Below are positions 26,848-29,082 of a stretch of DNA of 29,082 bases, piece after piece. The first letter of the stretch is position 1; every line of letters begins with the position of its first letter. Origin of the DNA: a virus (lineage: Duplodnaviria; Caudoviricetes); IMG/VR virus record IMGVR_UViG_3300009472_000017, positions 1-29,082 of that record. One strand, given 5' to 3'. The position numbers and the translations under genes are program-made. The notes beneath the pieces are model-generated. The model made no database searches. It saw nothing but the letters and a program-made list of their open reading frames with translations, and was not told where the DNA came from.

Positions 26848-27749
26848 GATACGGAGAATTTAGTGTTGTTGAAGTTGGCATAACTGAATTGCTCACGATT
26901 CACTAACTTAAATGTACCGAACTCATTAGAGTAGACATAACCCTCACCACCGATTGGAGTTTGTCCGATGTATGCTTTCGGACCATTATTCCGGCAGAGA
27001 TAGATAGCATCCTCTTTTATCGACTTAACTAACAACCAGAAACTGATGAGATTCTCATTCATAAAGGTCGAAGCAATCACGGGACGATTCTCACGAATAC
27101 AGGAATTGAGTTCCTGTTTAATTAGTTTGGCATCCTTATCTGATACAAACTCAACGTTCTGTGCCATTACCTTAGCAAACTGAATCACATCGTCTAAGTC
27201 ATGGAATCTCTCCAGTCCATCATCATAACGACCAGACGCAATCGTTGCCCTAGGTTTCACAAACTTACAATAGAATGTGTCTGTGATGATGAAGTTCATC
27301 GGGTGTGCGATTGCATCCCTTAAATCACTCTCTGCTGTGTAATACGTATGAGGGGCAATGATAATCTCCTCCTCTACAATATTATCGAACTGATAGGTGA
27401 TTGTGTTCGGTGTATATTCATCAGAACCACCGAAACCGATAAAGTCTCCCTGAAAGATACCTTCGGTTTGTGGAAGATAGTCAAGGCACTTATGAAGGAT
27501 ATCAGCAACGTTGCCCGTGTGGTTAGCATCAATGTCCTGATGCGATTCGTTGATTTTGATCTTTACTTTGTTAAAGACTGACTTAGTTCCCACGAAGAAA
27601 TTACCAGTCGCAGGATTAGTCCCCCATACAATTGCAGGTGCTCCGTCCATCTTTACGGACAGATTGCCCTCATTACGTAGACAATCAAGAGCACTTAAAT
27701 CACCGGTGAGAATGGAATCTTCAGGATGTTCGATGTGCTTGTTTTGCAT
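26844..27749 (-). CDS. DUF6267-like protein with an ATP-dependent ligase/capping-type nucleotidyltransferase fold, 301 aa
   Basis: KHIEHPED, then SVKMDGAP (motif I KxDG, K33), FFVGTKS, FQGDF (motif III-like), GEGYV (motif IV) and FKLVNR (motif V). Confidence 0.7.
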   Translation of the reverse strand: MQNKHIEHPEDSILTGDLSALDCLRNEGNLSVKMDGAPAIVWGTNPATGNFFVGTKSVFNKVKIKINESHQDIDANHTGNVADILHKCLDYLPQTEGIFQGDFIGFGGSDEYTPNTITYQFDNIVEEEIIIAPHTYYTAESDLRDAIAHPMNFIITDTFYCKFVKPRATIASGRYDDGLERFHDLDDVIQFAKVMAQNVEFVSDKDAKLIKQELNSCIRENRPVIASTFMNENLISFWLLVKSIKEDAIYLCRNNGPKAYIGQTPIGGEGYVYSNEFGTFKLVNREQFSYANFNNTKFSVS

Positions 27750-27791
27750 AATGTTGAGAAAAAAGTGAATGAATAAGGTGGGGAGTTTGTA

Positions 27792-27962
27792 TCAGATAGG
27801 GAAGGAAATATTCTTTGCCTCAGGATTGCAACGATATTTGCCGGGGTCACTACCTTTATAGGACGAACATGCACCGGCATGGATATAAGCAGGAACTGCT
27901 ACGTTATCACTGCAAACCCACAAAGTGCGACGGGTTGTGATTGAAGAGGCAATGCGGAACAT
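27792..27962 (-). CDS. Small hypothetical early protein (56 aa from the ATG at 27962; the track start is 28007)
   Basis: MFRIASSITTRRTLWVCSDNVAVPAYIHAGACSSYKGSDPGKYRCNPEAKNISFPI. The upstream ATG at 28007 lies inside a hairpin, and 27963-28000 looks like the other pyrimidine-rich leaders. Confidence 0.65.
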   Translation of the reverse strand: MFRIASSITTRRTLWVCSDNVAVPAYIHAGACSSYKGSDPGKYRCNPEAKNISFPI

Positions 27963-27995
27963 ATTAGAGAATGATGAGAATGAGAACGATTGAGT

Positions 27996-28029
27996 AAAAG
28001 CGGGCATAACATGATGCCCACTCTTTTTT
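27996..28029 (-). terminator. Hairpin with T-tracts on both sides (possible bidirectional terminator or processing stem)
   Basis: Minus strand AAAAAAGAGUGGGCAU-CAUGUU-AUGCCCGCUUUU, just after the stop at 28038. Confidence 0.6.
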
Positions 28030-28037
28030 AGTTTTGA

Positions 28038-28382
28038 TCATGCAAGACGCATTCCTGAAGTGAACTTAACGGTTTGCATTTCGTTGAATGTTTCATTAAA
28101 GACACGAACAAACCAGGTCCAATTCTGTTGAAATACCTGCTCATTCCTTGTTCCACAGGTATATCCAAATTCATTGAGAAGTGCATTTAGACGGGATTTT
28201 GTGGTCTTTGATTGATAACCACCATCATAAAGTTTCAGTGAATCTTCATCAATCTCAGCAATCAAGTTGCCATGAAGATAAACCTTTGAGATACCATCTT
28301 CAAGGGTGACGCATGTGTTCGCAGACGTCCAGTTCGTGTTATCTTTGATTGCTTGGATCATCTGCTGTTCGATTTTACGCAT
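28038..28382 (-). CDS. Conserved hypothetical phage early protein, 114 aa
   Basis: MRKIE..M..AI, VYLHGNLIA, DGGYQS.TTKSRLNALL and VFQ.NW.WFV form a recurrent phage family pattern. It has its own promoter upstream. Confidence 0.85.
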   Translation of the reverse strand: MRKIEQQMIQAIKDNTNWTSANTCVTLEDGISKVYLHGNLIAEIDEDSLKLYDGGYQSKTTKSRLNALLNEFGYTCGTRNEQVFQQNWTWFVRVFNETFNEMQTVKFTSGMRLA

Positions 28383-28410
28383 GAGAGGCAGGTAGAAGGG
28401 TCTGAGAGGT

Positions 28411-28499
28411 GTGGAGAGGTGCTGTCCCCTCCACTCCTATACAATACACGATTTTGGGGTCTGTGCCGGAACCTTGTGACACTTTGACCAACTGTCCAC
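28411..28499 (-). promoter_or_regulatory. Early-type promoter: imperfect inverted repeat, -10 TATTGT and a 5' stem-loop
   Basis: Minus strand GTGGACAGTT-GGTC-AAAGTGTCAC at 28499-28476, TATTGT at 28446-28441, no canonical -35, then the 9-bp hairpin GTGGAGGGG-ACAGCA-CCTCTCCAC at 28434-28411. Confidence 0.65.
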
Positions 28500-28510
28500 T
28501 CGCGGCCGCT

Positions 28511-28550
28511 CTGAGTATCATTTAGTGATACTACAGTTAGTGTTACTCAG
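28511..28550. repeat. Nested inverted/direct repeat
   Basis: AGTATCA-TTTAG-TGATACT is a perfect inverted repeat. CTGAGTA...TACTCAG is an outer inverted repeat. TTAGTGATACTACAG and TTAGTGTTACTCAG are tandem near-copies. Confidence 0.7.
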
Positions 28551-28695
28551 GACGAAGTTTGACTGTAATAATCTCAAAGTTTGGGTGTAATTCTTTGCAT
28601 CTTTCATATGCTTCGGCAGCAGTTTCTCTCATGTAAGAAAGCACATCGTGCATTTGTTTCTTAGTATCATAACCGTAGCAATTCCAGATAGGCAT
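28543..28695 (-). CDS. Small hypothetical early protein, 50 aa
   Basis: Read by hand: MPIWNCYGYDTKKQMHDVLSYMRETAAEAYERCKELHPNFEIITVKLRPE*. It has a G-free leader like its neighbours. Confidence 0.72.
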   Translation of the reverse strand: MPIWNCYGYDTKKQMHDVLSYMRETAAEAYERCKELHPNFEIITVKLRPE

Positions 28696-28726
28696 GTGAT
28701 TTAGTGAATGAATGAGTGATTGTTAA

Positions 28727-28969
28727 TTAGTTGAGAATATAAGTGCTCAGATCATTACGATTATCGCAAGATGCCCAAGTTTCATAGAAACTATCCCATG
28801 CAGTTTCGTTATCAACAAAGGAGACAATTTCCAACATCTCACATACCCAATCGTATGCCATATCTACATCGGCATTTGTATCATTAACGAAGGCACACAT
28901 CTGCCCCATAATATCATTCCACTTTGCTTGCTGTTCTGAAGGAATAAGAGAGAAAATTGGAGTTGCCAT
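28727..28969 (-). CDS. Small acidic, Trp-rich hypothetical early protein, 80 aa
   Basis: ORF track; co-oriented, with a pyrimidine-rich leader and a helical AYDWVCE...WDSFYETW pattern. Confidence 0.8.
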   Translation of the reverse strand: MATPIFSLIPSEQQAKWNDIMGQMCAFVNDTNADVDMAYDWVCEMLEIVSFVDNETAWDSFYETWASCDNRNDLSTYILN

Positions 28970-29008
28970 GATGTTAATGAAGAAAGAAAGTGTTAAACAG
29001 TGAGTAAA

Positions 29009-29082
29009 TCAGTCACCCAATTCGATTACTGTATGCCCGAGGTAATCTTCAACCCAGACAGTGGAATTAGACTCACTATACA
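29009..29082 (-). CDS. 3' end of a hypothetical early protein (starts outside the window)
   Basis: Open frame ...YSESNSTVWVEDYLGHTVIELGD* ending in TGA at 29011-29009. Confidence 0.55.
   Translation of the reverse strand, partial: YSESNSTVWVEDYLGHTVIELGD

Noticed and set aside
27695-27880. 61-aa minus-strand ORF, plus + strand ORFs 27348-27581 and 27550-27768
   Set aside because: They are alternative-frame or antisense overlaps of better-supported genes.
1-29082. CRISPR array, tRNA, intron, intein, integrase/transposase, or diversity-generating retroelement
   Set aside because: I saw no spaced repeats, cloverleaf, splicing motifs, reverse transcriptase or recombinase ORFs. Reading by eye could miss weak cases.

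Overview
A segment of a T4-like myovirus genome, most likely a cyanomyovirus (Kyanoviridae-like). All credible genes are on the minus strand. In transcription order (right to left) there are three blocks. (i) About 29082-26650 is an early-type cluster of small genes with G-free, SD-less leaders and a palindromic promoter motif. It includes a KxDG ligase-fold nucleotidyltransferase (DUF6267-like) coupled to a HicA-like ORF and ends in a GC hairpin terminator. (ii) About 26500-24220 holds an AbrB/MazE-like gene, a GT-A glycosyltransferase under a strong sigma70 promoter, and small conserved ORFs, one with a compact pseudoknot/anti-SD leader. (iii) 24187-1 is the AT-rich late baseplate module under TATAAATA promoters: gp25, gp6, a 3988-aa gp7, gp8, a 2458-aa VrlC/DUF4815-like protein, two small proteins and the start of a fibre-like gene. 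The main oddities are a candidate riboswitch-like H-type pseudoknot at 24397-24456, an in-frame TAA 11 codons before the expected end of gp8, and the ligase-fold/HicA-like pair with no HicB. Family calls come from motif recognition only; no searches were run.
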